IMG/VR virus record: IMGVR_UViG_3300045988_134226
Reading direction: 5' to 3' (one strand)
DNA length: 60,175 bases
Source of the DNA: a virus
The position numbers and the translations under genes are program-made. Below are positions 51,424-58,811 of the stretch, piece by piece (positions within the stretch are counted from its first letter, which is position 1; the number at the start of each line of letters is the position of its first letter). The notes beneath the pieces were generated by a model that was not told the origin of the DNA, did no database searches, and was given only the letters and a program-made list of their open reading frames with translations.

Positions 51424-51630
51424 TCAATATCCTATGCCTTTGAAATTGTAATTGCCTTGTCGGATTTGCTCGTGGTCTGCTTCAACCGCTTTGCTGTAAT
51501 CTTTCCTTTGGCGTTCTTTTTTGGAACACTCCATACAAATACAATCCTCGTTGAACATTGACATTGTGCGTCCGCCGTCCAATGAGCCGCCGCACCTGTC
51601 ACAATGCTTTTGCGTGAAAAATCTATCCAT
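51424..51630 (-). CDS. Zinc-ribbon protein
   Basis: 68 aa with CDRCGG...CICMEC. Confidence 0.6.
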   Translation of the reverse strand: MDRFFTQKHCDRCGGSLDGGRTMSMFNEDCICMECSKKERQRKDYSKAVEADHEQIRQGNYNFKGIGY

Positions 51631-51680
51631 TGTAACCGTCCTTTCTTAAAATGTTTCGTTATGACGCATAATAGCGTTTT

Positions 51681-51866
51681 TTAATAAACAAGTTCCATTC
51701 CAAAATTCTTTATGATTTTCTCGGCTTCTACCTTACCTCCAATGTTATACGGCGAGCCTATGCGTGTTATTCCTGTGTAATGCTCCTCGCCGTTTTCAAA
51801 GCGGTGTAATTCCACTTTTGCACCTTTGTCATATCCTTTTGTTACCGCCCATCTGTTTACTAACAT
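51681..51866 (-). CDS. hypothetical protein
   Basis: 61 aa. The start follows two-hairpin element copy 3. Confidence 0.55.
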   Translation of the reverse strand: MLVNRWAVTKGYDKGAKVELHRFENGEEHYTGITRIGSPYNIGGKVEAEKIIKNFGMELVY

Positions 51867-51875
51867 TTTAATTGT

Positions 51876-51940
51876 TCCTTTCTGCGTTTAAGCACGCCTG
51901 CTTGTGTGGAATAGGGCTTGTTAAGGACAAACCCTTTAGA
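51876..51940 (-). promoter_or_regulatory. Conserved two-hairpin RNA element, copy 3 (diverged, with compensatory changes)
   Basis: Minus-strand AGGGUUUGU-CCUUA-ACAAGCCCU and AAGCA-GGCG-UGCUU. Both stems are retained relative to copies 1 and 2 through paired substitutions. Confidence 0.7.
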
Positions 51941-51946
51941 AACCTA

Positions 51947-52366
51947 TTATTTTTGAATTTCTTTCATTAACTCAACAACTTTAAATGCGTCTTGTGGTAA
52001 TTTAAAATTACCTTGTTCGTTAATGTGTCCGTAAAATCTTTCTTCGTTCTCGCCACATCTGCAACAAAAACTTCTTATTAAATGTAAATCTTCCATAAGT
52101 TGATAGTCTTTGTTTCCTTTATATCCTATTGGATAGCAATGAAAAGTGTTGATGTAATTTTCCATTCTTTCTGTTTCGGTAAAAACTTCATCCGCTCTGT
52201 AATTTCCAATTACTTCGTGGTCGTCTGCGTAATGTGCTTTAATCATTACTCCACCACCTACTGAATATCTGCCGTTCTCAAAAACTACTGAACAATCATC
52301 ATATGCTCTTAATGTGTTTTTAACCTGCTTTTGAATTGCCTTTGGTAAATACTTTAATTCTGTCAT
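51947..52366 (-). CDS. hypothetical protein (first gene behind operator promoter B)
   Basis: ATG at 52366 (MTELKYLP..) has SD GAAAGGAAT, homologous to the leader/SD of 2448..3011. Confidence 0.65.
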   Translation of the reverse strand: MTELKYLPKAIQKQVKNTLRAYDDCSVVFENGRYSVGGGVMIKAHYADDHEVIGNYRADEVFTETERMENYINTFHCYPIGYKGNKDYQLMEDLHLIRSFCCRCGENEERFYGHINEQGNFKLPQDAFKVVELMKEIQK

Positions 52367-52420
52367 AATCTTAATTCCTTTCACGGTTTAAGGATTGTCC
52401 GCTTCCTTATTACACTTGTA

Positions 52421-52448
52421 ATTATACTACTTTTGTAGTATTTTTCAA
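52421..52448 (-). promoter_or_regulatory. Early promoter B with a palindromic operator
   Basis: On the minus strand: TTGAAA, 16 nt, TATAAT. The perfect palindrome ATACTAC-TTTT-GTAGTAT lies at 52424..52441. Confidence 0.7.
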
Positions 52449-52532
52449 TTCGCAAAATATACAAACATTTACAAATTGTTTTGTTAAAGTTGCACAATAT
52501 ATACAAATGCAAACAAAATGACACATCAAAGG

Positions 52533-52557
52533 CAAAAAACAAAGGGCGGTTGCCCTA
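52533..52557 (-). terminator. Intrinsic terminator after 52555..52764
   Basis: Minus-strand AGGGC-AACC-GCCCU followed by UUGUUUUUUG. Confidence 0.6.
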
Positions 52558-52764
52558 AATCAATTCAAATATCTTGCTTATGTATCTTTCAAACTCTAAA
52601 TATGTAATTAGTCCAAATTCTACGGCTATTTCTACTGACCCAAGTGCTTGAAATGCTAACGCTTTTTTATTCTCTATATCTTTTGCGTTTTTCGCTAATT
52701 CAATATCAAACGACAATCTATCTTGTATGGTGTTTCCTCTGCTGTTAATCAAAATTTGCGACAC
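52555..52764 (-). CDS. Small non-HTH protein in its own promoter-terminator unit, divergent from the repressor gene (start uncertain)
   Basis: 69 aa from a GTG embedded in GAGGTG. The alternative TTG about 12 nt downstream is better spaced from the SD. Confidence 0.5.
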   Translation of the reverse strand: MSQILINSRGNTIQDRLSFDIELAKNAKDIENKKALAFQALGSVEIAVEFGLITYLEFERYISKIFELI

Positions 52765-52803
52765 CTCGTTATCATTACAATAATATTGCTAACTTTCGTT
52801 ATC

Positions 52804-52832
52804 ATTATACTACTATAATTATTTTTAATCAA
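52804..52832 (-). promoter_or_regulatory. Promoter P52.8, flanked or overlapped by 11-bp direct repeats
   Basis: On the minus strand: TTGATT, 17 nt, TATAAT. Direct repeats cgttatcatta lie at 52767-77 and 52797-807, 30 bp apart. The second overlaps the -10. Confidence 0.6.
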
Positions 52833-52905
52833 TCGGCAATTTTCACAAAATATAATCACAATGTTACATATATGTTTCATAATTCTACACAATGTAAACA
52901 AAGTG

Positions 52906-52914
52906 TGCTAAAAT
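52906..52914 (+). promoter_or_regulatory. Extended -10 element (TGCTAAAAT) upstream of the repressor-like gene
   Basis: TGnTAAAAT lies 41 nt before the GTG at 52955. No good -35. Confidence 0.4.
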
Positions 52915-52954
52915 GGTGCTATCGCTAAATATTTAATAAGAGGTGGAAAAAATA

Positions 52955-53275
52955 GTGTGTACTATCGGCACGAAACTGAAAACATTGAGGAAAGGCAGAA
53001 AACTAACGCAACAAGAATTATCCGAAAGAATGGGCTTAAGCCGTGCCACTATAAGTAATTATGAGGTCGGGCGTCGTTCGCCACATTTATCCGATTTACG
53101 CCGCTTTGCTGAATTTTACGGCGTTAGTCTTGATTACTTCGGCGTTACTACAACAGACGAAAGTTTTGAGTTGTTAAGCCGTGCAAAAAGCATTTTCCTT
53201 AATGAAACTATCCCAAAAGAAGAAAGGGAACATTTATACAAGGAAATAATGAAAATGTATTTGAATATGAAATAA
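52955..53275 (+). CDS. XRE-family HTH repressor (CI-like candidate)
   Basis: GTG at 52955 lies 8 nt after AAGAGGTGG. The track start at 52943 lies inside the SD. Contains LTQQELSERMGLSRATISNYEVGRR. Confidence 0.75.
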   Translation: MCTIGTKLKTLRKGRKLTQQELSERMGLSRATISNYEVGRRSPHLSDLRRFAEFYGVSLDYFGVTTTDESFELLSRAKSIFLNETIPKEEREHLYKEIMKMYLNMK

Positions 53276-53280
53276 ATTCA

Positions 53281-53309
53281 AAGAATACAATTTATTGTAT
53301 TCTTTTTTT
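53281..53309 (+). terminator. Intrinsic terminator after the CI-like gene
   Basis: AAGAATACAAT/ATTGTATTCTT stem followed by a T7 run. Confidence 0.7.
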
Positions 53310-53434
53310 ATTGACAAAATTATAATAACATAGGGAATTTATCGTTACAACAACTTTTTAGATACTTTGAGCATAAAATTTTTACTTTTAAGATACAATA
53401 ATGCTATGCTATTCTACAAAGGAGGTGATTAGTA

Positions 53435-53809
53435 TTGTCCTTAACAGTAGGTGAAAAAATCAAAAAGTACAGGCTTGAAAAGGGAATGACGCAAGAGGAG
53501 TTAGGAAAGGAGTTAGGCGTTGGGAGGGCAGCTGTGCAGAAATACGAAAGCAATCAGGTACAAAACTTAAAGTCCGCACATATCAAAAAATTATGCCACC
53601 TATTCGACAAAGTTCCGTGGGATTTTATCTTTGACGGTCATACTAAATATGCTGAATACAATGTAACGCAAGTTACAGCATTAAGAAAAGCATTTGGTGA
53701 AGAAGTGGAAAATATACTACTTCCGTTAGCAAAGTTGAATGATAAAGGGTTAGCAAAAGTTCGTAATTACATTTCCGATATGCTGAAAATAGAAGAATAT
53801 CGCAATTAG
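53435..53809 (+). CDS. Second XRE-family HTH regulator
   Basis: 124 aa. TTG start with SD AAGGAGGTG. Contains MTQEELGKELGVGRAAVQKYESNQ. Confidence 0.75.
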   Translation: MSLTVGEKIKKYRLEKGMTQEELGKELGVGRAAVQKYESNQVQNLKSAHIKKLCHLFDKVPWDFIFDGHTKYAEYNVTQVTALRKAFGEEVENILLPLAKLNDKGLAKVRNYISDMLKIEEYRN

Positions 53810-53821
53810 GAGGAATATTAC

Positions 53822-55399
53822 TTGAAGTCGAAAAACAAGCCATTCATACGGAAAGCCGTTGCTTACGCTCGGTTTTCATCAAACAATCAGCGTGAGGAAA
53901 GTATAGACGCACAATTAAGGGCTATAAGCGACTATTGTGAGCGTGAGAATATTCAATTAGTAGATATATATTCAGATGAAGCACAATCCGCTAAAACCGA
54001 CAACAGGGACGATTTTAAGAATATGACAGACGCAATATTCAAAGGCAATTATGATATTGACGCTGTATTAGTCCATAAGTTTAACCGTTTTGCTCGTAAC
54101 AAGTATGATAGTGCGTTGTATAAGAAGCGTTTAAGAGATATAGGCATAAAGGTTGTGTCCGTTACTCAACCGATAGACGATAGCCCCGAGGGGCGTATTC
54201 TCGAAAGCCTTATTGAAGCAATGGACGAATACTATTCGGAAAACCTTGCTTTAGAGGTCAAAAAGGGAATGTTAGAAAACGCCTTGAAAGGTAAACATAC
54301 AGGTGGTGGCAAACTGCTCGGACTGTCCGTTGATGATGAGGGTTATTATTATCCTGACGAAAACGCACCGATTATTTATCGAATATTTAAGGAATATGCG
54401 GACGGCGTACCAAAGACGCAAATTGTTGAACGCTTAAACCGTGAGGGCTACCGCAACCAATACGGCAGGAAGTTCAACACTCGCACCATTACCGATTTAT
54501 TGCAAAATGAAAAGTATATAGGTAATTTCATTTATAATCATACTCAATCGCAAGTTATCCGTTTAGAGGGTATAATCAAAAATCCAATAGTTGATGAGGA
54601 TTTATGGGAACGAGTGCAAAAATTGCGGAAAGACGCAAACAAGCCAAAACACCGAAAAAGAAAATATCTAATGACAGGTAAATTGCGTTGCGGTGTTTGC
54701 GGATTTACTTATTGCGGAAGCGGTGCAAAAAAGAAAAACAAGAACGGAGATATGTCCGCTTATTATAAATGTCAAGGCAAAATTAAAAACAAGAACGGCT
54801 GTACTAACCCGTCCTTGAACAAAGATTATTACGAAAAACTTGTTATTGATACTATAACAAAAAGCGTCCTGACAGACAACGCCATTGATGAAATAGCGGT
54901 TAGTGTGACAACTCAACTTGAAAGAGAAAGAAAAAAGCCACTAATACCAACGGCAAAATTAAGAAATCAACTCGACAAAGTGAAAGATAAACAAGCAAGG
55001 CTAATGGAGTTATACCTTGACGGTGGTATGGAAAGAAAGGTACTTGATGAAAAGAACAACGCATTAAAAGAAGAAAGAAAACACATTGAAGAACAAATAG
55101 AAAGAAATTTATATTTAGAGCAATCAAACATTCTTGATGTTCAAGATATAAAAAATATGATATTAGAGTTTCGTGAGGAATTAAAAAATAACCCTGACTT
55201 TGATTTTGCACAAGTAGTATTTAATACTTTTGTTGACAGTATCGTTGTTTACCCCGATACCCTTGAAGTTAATTTAAGGGTGGACTTTTCCACCCTCGGG
55301 GGTGATAAGAGGAAAAACAGGGGGGCAAGCCACCCAATAAACCCCCTTTTGATAAACAAATCTGTCAAACGGAAAACGCACCAACAACCAACAAATTAA
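53822..55399 (+). CDS. int: Large serine recombinase (integrase)
   Basis: 525 aa. Resolvase catalytic domain AVAYARFSSNNQ, a recombinase domain, a zinc ribbon CGVCG...YYKCQG and a C-terminal coiled coil. Confidence 0.9.
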   Translation: MKSKNKPFIRKAVAYARFSSNNQREESIDAQLRAISDYCERENIQLVDIYSDEAQSAKTDNRDDFKNMTDAIFKGNYDIDAVLVHKFNRFARNKYDSALYKKRLRDIGIKVVSVTQPIDDSPEGRILESLIEAMDEYYSENLALEVKKGMLENALKGKHTGGGKLLGLSVDDEGYYYPDENAPIIYRIFKEYADGVPKTQIVERLNREGYRNQYGRKFNTRTITDLLQNEKYIGNFIYNHTQSQVIRLEGIIKNPIVDEDLWERVQKLRKDANKPKHRKRKYLMTGKLRCGVCGFTYCGSGAKKKNKNGDMSAYYKCQGKIKNKNGCTNPSLNKDYYEKLVIDTITKSVLTDNAIDEIAVSVTTQLERERKKPLIPTAKLRNQLDKVKDKQARLMELYLDGGMERKVLDEKNNALKEERKHIEEQIERNLYLEQSNILDVQDIKNMILEFREELKNNPDFDFAQVVFNTFVDSIVVYPDTLEVNLRVDFSTLGGDKRKNRGASHPINPLLINKSVKRKTHQQPTN

Positions 55400-55414
55400 A
55401 AGGGATTTGATAAT

Positions 55415-55699
55415 ATGAGTATTGTTATATATGTTCGACAAACTAAGGATATTTCCCTTTACGAACAATTTAATAAATGTGCTGAATATGCCAAACGGTA
55501 CGGCTATTCTATCGAATATAAAGTTTTAGATTTTGAGGGCAATATATTTTATGAAGCAATAAATAAGGTGATTGTGGACCACGACATTACCGCATTGATG
55601 ATTTACAATAAAAATACTGCCTTTGATAGTGACGACGATTATTTGTTTTATCGGATATACCTTGAAAGGCTCGGTAAAAAACTAATTGCTTGTGAATAA
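55415..55699 (+). CDS. Stand-alone degenerate resolvase-catalytic-domain paralog lacking the serine nucleophile
   Basis: 94 aa. IVIYVRQTKD aligns with AVAYARFSSNNQ, and DITALMIYNKN..LERLGKKLIAC aligns with DIDAVLVHKFN..LRDIGIKVVSV of the adjacent integrase. Confidence 0.65.
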   Translation: MSIVIYVRQTKDISLYEQFNKCAEYAKRYGYSIEYKVLDFEGNIFYEAINKVIVDHDITALMIYNKNTAFDSDDDYLFYRIYLERLGKKLIACE

Positions 55700-55701
55700 T
55701 T

Positions 55702-55730
55702 AAGAGGGGCGTTATTGCCCCTCTTTTTTT
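55702..55730 (+). terminator. Intrinsic terminator ending the lysogeny operon
   Basis: AAGAGGGGC-GTTATT-GCCCCTCTT followed by a T run. Confidence 0.8.
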
Positions 55731-55875
55731 AATAACAGTCGTTTTGAAAATCCTCTAATTTAGGTAAGATTTCATCTCTTAATGTTTCAGGTATATCGTG
55801 CCATTCGTGACTACGAATAAAAGCAAGTATGTATTCCACTTCATCAAGTGTAAGTTCTAATGTTTCTTCATTCAT
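55729..55875 (-). CDS. Possible 48-aa ORF with no convincing SD
   Basis: ATG at 55875, encoding MNEETLELTLDEVEYILAFIRSHEW... It is the last open frame of the minus-strand accessory operon. Confidence 0.25.
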   Translation of the reverse strand: MNEETLELTLDEVEYILAFIRSHEWHDIPETLRDEILPKLEDFQNDCY

Positions 55876-55991
55876 CTTCGTTCAGTCCATTTCCGTGCCA
55901 ACATCTTAAAATATCTTTTAACTCATTTGACTTAAATTTATACACCCTGCTTTTATATTCAAATAGATTTATTGCACATCTTAATGCTATT

Positions 55992-56390
55992 TCAAGCTTT
56001 CTCATTGCCATTCAACTCCTTTAACTTTTCTTCTGCTTCTTCTTTTGTAAGAAAAACTTTCTCACCAATATCTGAGCCGTCATTCTTAAGAGGATACGCA
56101 CAAATGTTGTGCTTTGTATCGTCACACAGAGCCATACATAACTTAGCTTCTTTAGGACAATGGCATCTTATGTCAGGTTCACCTAAAATCATTTTTTGTG
56201 GTATGTTTCCTCTATTTAAAACATAAACTTCTTCCCCAACATTACAAGGTAACTCAACAATTCTGTCGCTTTGCAACAGTTCAATAGTTTTTGCTAATGC
56301 TTGTTCATAATGCCATAATTCACTAAATTGGCTTTTACCTAAATCACTTTTTAAATCTTCTAACAATTTAATGCAATCTTTGCAAGTCAT
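55992..56390 (-). CDS. hypothetical protein (N-terminal CxxC)
   Basis: 132 aa. Confidence 0.6.
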   Translation of the reverse strand: MTCKDCIKLLEDLKSDLGKSQFSELWHYEQALAKTIELLQSDRIVELPCNVGEEVYVLNRGNIPQKMILGEPDIRCHCPKEAKLCMALCDDTKHNICAYPLKNDGSDIGEKVFLTKEEAEEKLKELNGNEKA

Positions 56391-56602
56391 AATTCATCAA
56401 CACACCTTTCGTAACAGTATTTTGTTAATTCTTCTTTCAGTTTATCAGTGGTCATCATAGGTAACTTGATTATTTGCGATTTATCTATGAATTTACTGTA
56501 ATTTTGACAGAAATAACTATAGCCGTCCTTATAAGGGCGGTTGTTATCATTGTCCCACCCAGGACAAAGAGCATAGTGAATACAATTTTCACACTTCATC
56601 AT
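56387..56602 (-). CDS. Small Cys-rich protein
   Basis: 71 aa with CENC..C...C. Confidence 0.55.
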   Translation of the reverse strand: MMKCENCIHYALCPGWDNDNNRPYKDGYSYFCQNYSKFIDKSQIIKLPMMTTDKLKEELTKYCYERCVDEL

Positions 56603-56777
56603 CTAAATACCCTCCATAATTATCTTGTACCCAAGCAAAAAACGGACTTACTTTTCGCATAGCCTTATGAAGTTCCATACGCTTTATCCTTTGTTGCTCT
56701 TTTTTGCCTATTCTTTGTTCAGGTGGTATGTATTTTTTTCTGTGTGTTCCTGCTTTCATTTTTCTACCACCAACCAT
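56589..56777 (-). CDS. Small basic protein
   Basis: 62 aa, Lys/Arg rich. Confidence 0.5.
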   Translation of the reverse strand: MVGGRKMKAGTHRKKYIPPEQRIGKKEQQRIKRMELHKAMRKVSPFFAWVQDNYGGYLDDEV

Positions 56778-57187
56778 TCCAACAATTCGGGGTTATCGTG
56801 TATATTGTCAATAATTTCACAATTTGTTTTTATAGCAAATGCCTTTTTCTTTCCTCTCTTATAATAATTCTCTTTTTCGGTATAAGTGTGGGAAATAACA
56901 AATTGTGATGATTTAGAAAAGCGAACAACGCCTATTATTTCCAAATTGTCGTATGAATTTATTTGTTTAATAATGTCGCCCTCAAAAATCTTTTTACCAT
57001 TTTTATCGGTCAAGCCTGTGAATTGTCCGACTGTTTTAGGGTCAACAAAAACTCTGCACCTGTTACCAAATCTATCAAGATAGATTATTGACGGATATTC
57101 TTTTCCAGTTGTATCTAAACTGCCAAAAAGCCAACAATGATTTGTAAGAGCCGAAAATTCCTTTCCTCTAAAAAGTATCTCTCTCAT
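56756..57187 (-). CDS. YopX-family protein
   Basis: 143 aa with MREILFRGK.. and TVGQFTGLTDKNGKKIFEGDII. Confidence 0.75.
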   Translation of the reverse strand: MREILFRGKEFSALTNHCWLFGSLDTTGKEYPSIIYLDRFGNRCRVFVDPKTVGQFTGLTDKNGKKIFEGDIIKQINSYDNLEIIGVVRFSKSSQFVISHTYTEKENYYKRGKKKAFAIKTNCEIIDNIHDNPELLEWLVVEK

Positions 57188-57229
57188 TTTTATCCTTTCT
57201 ATGAAAACGCTTTCATTTTGTTGTATTAA

Positions 57230-57251
57230 AATAGCCTGAATATCAGGCTAT
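57230..57251 (-). terminator. Hairpin, terminator-like
   Basis: AUAGCCUGA-UAU-UCAGGCUAU followed by UUUAAUAC (weak U tract). Confidence 0.4.
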
Positions 57252-57261
57252 TAAATTGTTG

Positions 57262-57516
57262 CTATGCAGTTGCGTATCTCGGCACAAAGCAATTTCCGAT
57301 TTCTTTCTTCTTACGGTCAATGTTATTCTGTATGCCTACAATATCGTGCAGGAAATTAACATCATCAGCGACAAGCAACTCATTAAGTCGTAACTTGAAT
57401 TGTTCGTGTGCCGTTTCAATATCCATAATTAAAGACATTCTATCGTACTGCAACGCTCCGTGTTCTTCTGCCCTTTTTGCAATATCTACAATCAATAGCA
57501 TTTCTTCTTTTGTCAT
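57262..57516 (-). CDS. hypothetical protein (C-terminal ..NFLHDIVGI..CFVPRYA motif)
   Basis: 84 aa. The motif resembles an uncharacterised family I recall from plasmid/ICE accessory regions. Confidence 0.55.
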   Translation of the reverse strand: MTKEEMLLIVDIAKRAEEHGALQYDRMSLIMDIETAHEQFKLRLNELLVADDVNFLHDIVGIQNNIDRKKKEIGNCFVPRYATA

Positions 57517-57529
57517 AATAACACTTCCT

Positions 57530-57760
57530 TTATTTTACTTTTTTGTAATGCTCAATCAGTTCTTTGCTCTCTAACAAATCGTCAATCTTACAACCAAGAG
57601 CAACGCTCAATTTGCAAAGTTGACTAAGCCGTGCACCGTCAATCGGTCTTGCTTCCTGCTCGTAACATTGGATTGTACGCTTTGAAATACCCGACTTTTC
57701 CGCTAAATCATTTTGTGACATTCCCCTCGCTGTTCTAACGCTTTGCAGTTTAGTCACCAT
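57530..57760 (-). CDS. XRE-family HTH protein
   Basis: 76 aa with MSQNDLAEKSGISKRTIQCYEQ. Confidence 0.75.
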   Translation of the reverse strand: MVTKLQSVRTARGMSQNDLAEKSGISKRTIQCYEQEARPIDGARLSQLCKLSVALGCKIDDLLESKELIEHYKKVK

Positions 57761-57775
57761 TCTATCCCTCCTCTC

Positions 57776-58195
57776 TTAACCTATCAAAATATAACCTTTA
57801 TTTTCAGCCCATTTATAGGCTTGTTTTGTATCGTCTTGTAAATAACCCTCTAAAGCAGGCATAAGGTTATCCCACTCTATCGCCGCCAAATATTCGTCCA
57901 CATCATCAAACGCCTTTAACAACAAATATGTTCTATGGTAATTAGTGTCTGTATTTGTGAAAATGGTAGGGTCAATAACTTTGTCGTTTTCGTCAATGAT
58001 GAAGCAATGGCGGCAATAAACGCCTGCCATTGTTTCAACATATCCGTATGCTACTTTCCATTCGCCTGAACGGAATTTACTGTTAAATTCTGTGACAACA
58101 TTAAACACATTATTGTAGCACATCTTAAATTCAATGTACGGCTTGCATTCCTCATAAACTCGTTTGCTCTGCTCAATGTTCAATTCGTATCTATC
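57776..58195 (-). CDS. hypothetical protein
   Basis: ATG at 58195 (MDRYELN..) has SD TAGGTGGT. Confidence 0.6.
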   Translation of the reverse strand, partial: DRYELNIEQSKRVYEECKPYIEFKMCYNNVFNVVTEFNSKFRSGEWKVAYGYVETMAGVYCRHCFIIDENDKVIDPTIFTNTDTNYHRTYLLLKAFDDVDEYLAAIEWDNLMPALEGYLQDDTKQAYKWAENKGYILIG

Positions 58196-58215
58196 CATTA
58201 TTACCACCTACAAAA

Positions 58216-58461
58216 TTATTTAAGTCGGTAAGAATAACTGTAACTGTATGAGCCTTGCTCTTTCTCAACAATCAATCTATCGCCGTACTTCTTAATCAAT
58301 GCTTCCTCGTATTCCTCTTGCACGATATTGTTTCTTGTGTGACCGATAACATCAATATACATCTCAATAGTATCGCCTTGCTTTAATGCTTTACACGCTT
58401 TGTCAAATGATACAGAATTGAAGTAATTTCCACCGTTAATTAGCTTTGGCATTATGCTCAT
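58216..58461 (-). CDS. hypothetical protein
   Basis: 81 aa with a C-terminal SYSYSYSY tract. Confidence 0.55.
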   Translation of the reverse strand: MSIMPKLINGGNYFNSVSFDKACKALKQGDTIEMYIDVIGHTRNNIVQEEYEEALIKKYGDRLIVEKEQGSYSYSYSYRLK

Positions 58462-58465
58462 TCCT

Positions 58466-58756
58466 TTAATTGAATTTGTCCATAATCATCAACATTTGCA
58501 TATCGTCTAAACTTGCAAAGTCCTCTTTGCCGTCAAATCCCACAAATACCGCTGTTCCTACAATAGTATCGTGTCCAATGCTGAAATTAGGTTGTAAGCC
58601 TTGCAGTTTGCCCTCCTCGTTACAAATCAATAGAACATCATCATCAACCCTTACAACCTCAATGTAGCCGCCGACAAGTTCCTGCAACACCGACAATTCG
58701 TTTTTGATTTCTCTTACTTCAGGTTGCTTATGCACTTCTTTTACTATTACTCTCAT
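58466..58756 (-). CDS. DUF3846-like protein
   Basis: 96 aa with ..LQELVGGYIEVV...ICNEEGKL.., a pattern recalled for DUF3846. Confidence 0.55.
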   Translation of the reverse strand: MRVIVKEVHKQPEVREIKNELSVLQELVGGYIEVVRVDDDVLLICNEEGKLQGLQPNFSIGHDTIVGTAVFVGFDGKEDFASLDDMQMLMIMDKFN

Positions 58757-58778
58757 TTATACCACCCTTTCTAATATA

Positions 58779-58807
58779 ACCATACTACAAAAGCGGTATA
58801 AGTGCAA
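58779..58807 (-). promoter_or_regulatory. Promoter D with a degenerate operator-like dyad
   Basis: On the minus strand: TTGCAC, 17 nt, TATGGT. The dyad ATACCGC-TTTT-GTAGTAT lies at 58782..58799. Confidence 0.5.
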
Positions 58808-58811
58808 ATAG

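Noticed and set aside
53311-53326. TTGACA followed by TATAAT after the CI-like terminator as the promoter for the second HTH/integrase operon
   Set aside because: The two hexamers are separated by only 4 nt. No partner hexamer lies at 16-18 nt spacing.
55702-55730. The terminator after the dead-resolvase gene as bidirectional
   Set aside because: The U tract is present only for plus-strand transcription. The minus-strand reading is followed by AAUUAUUC.
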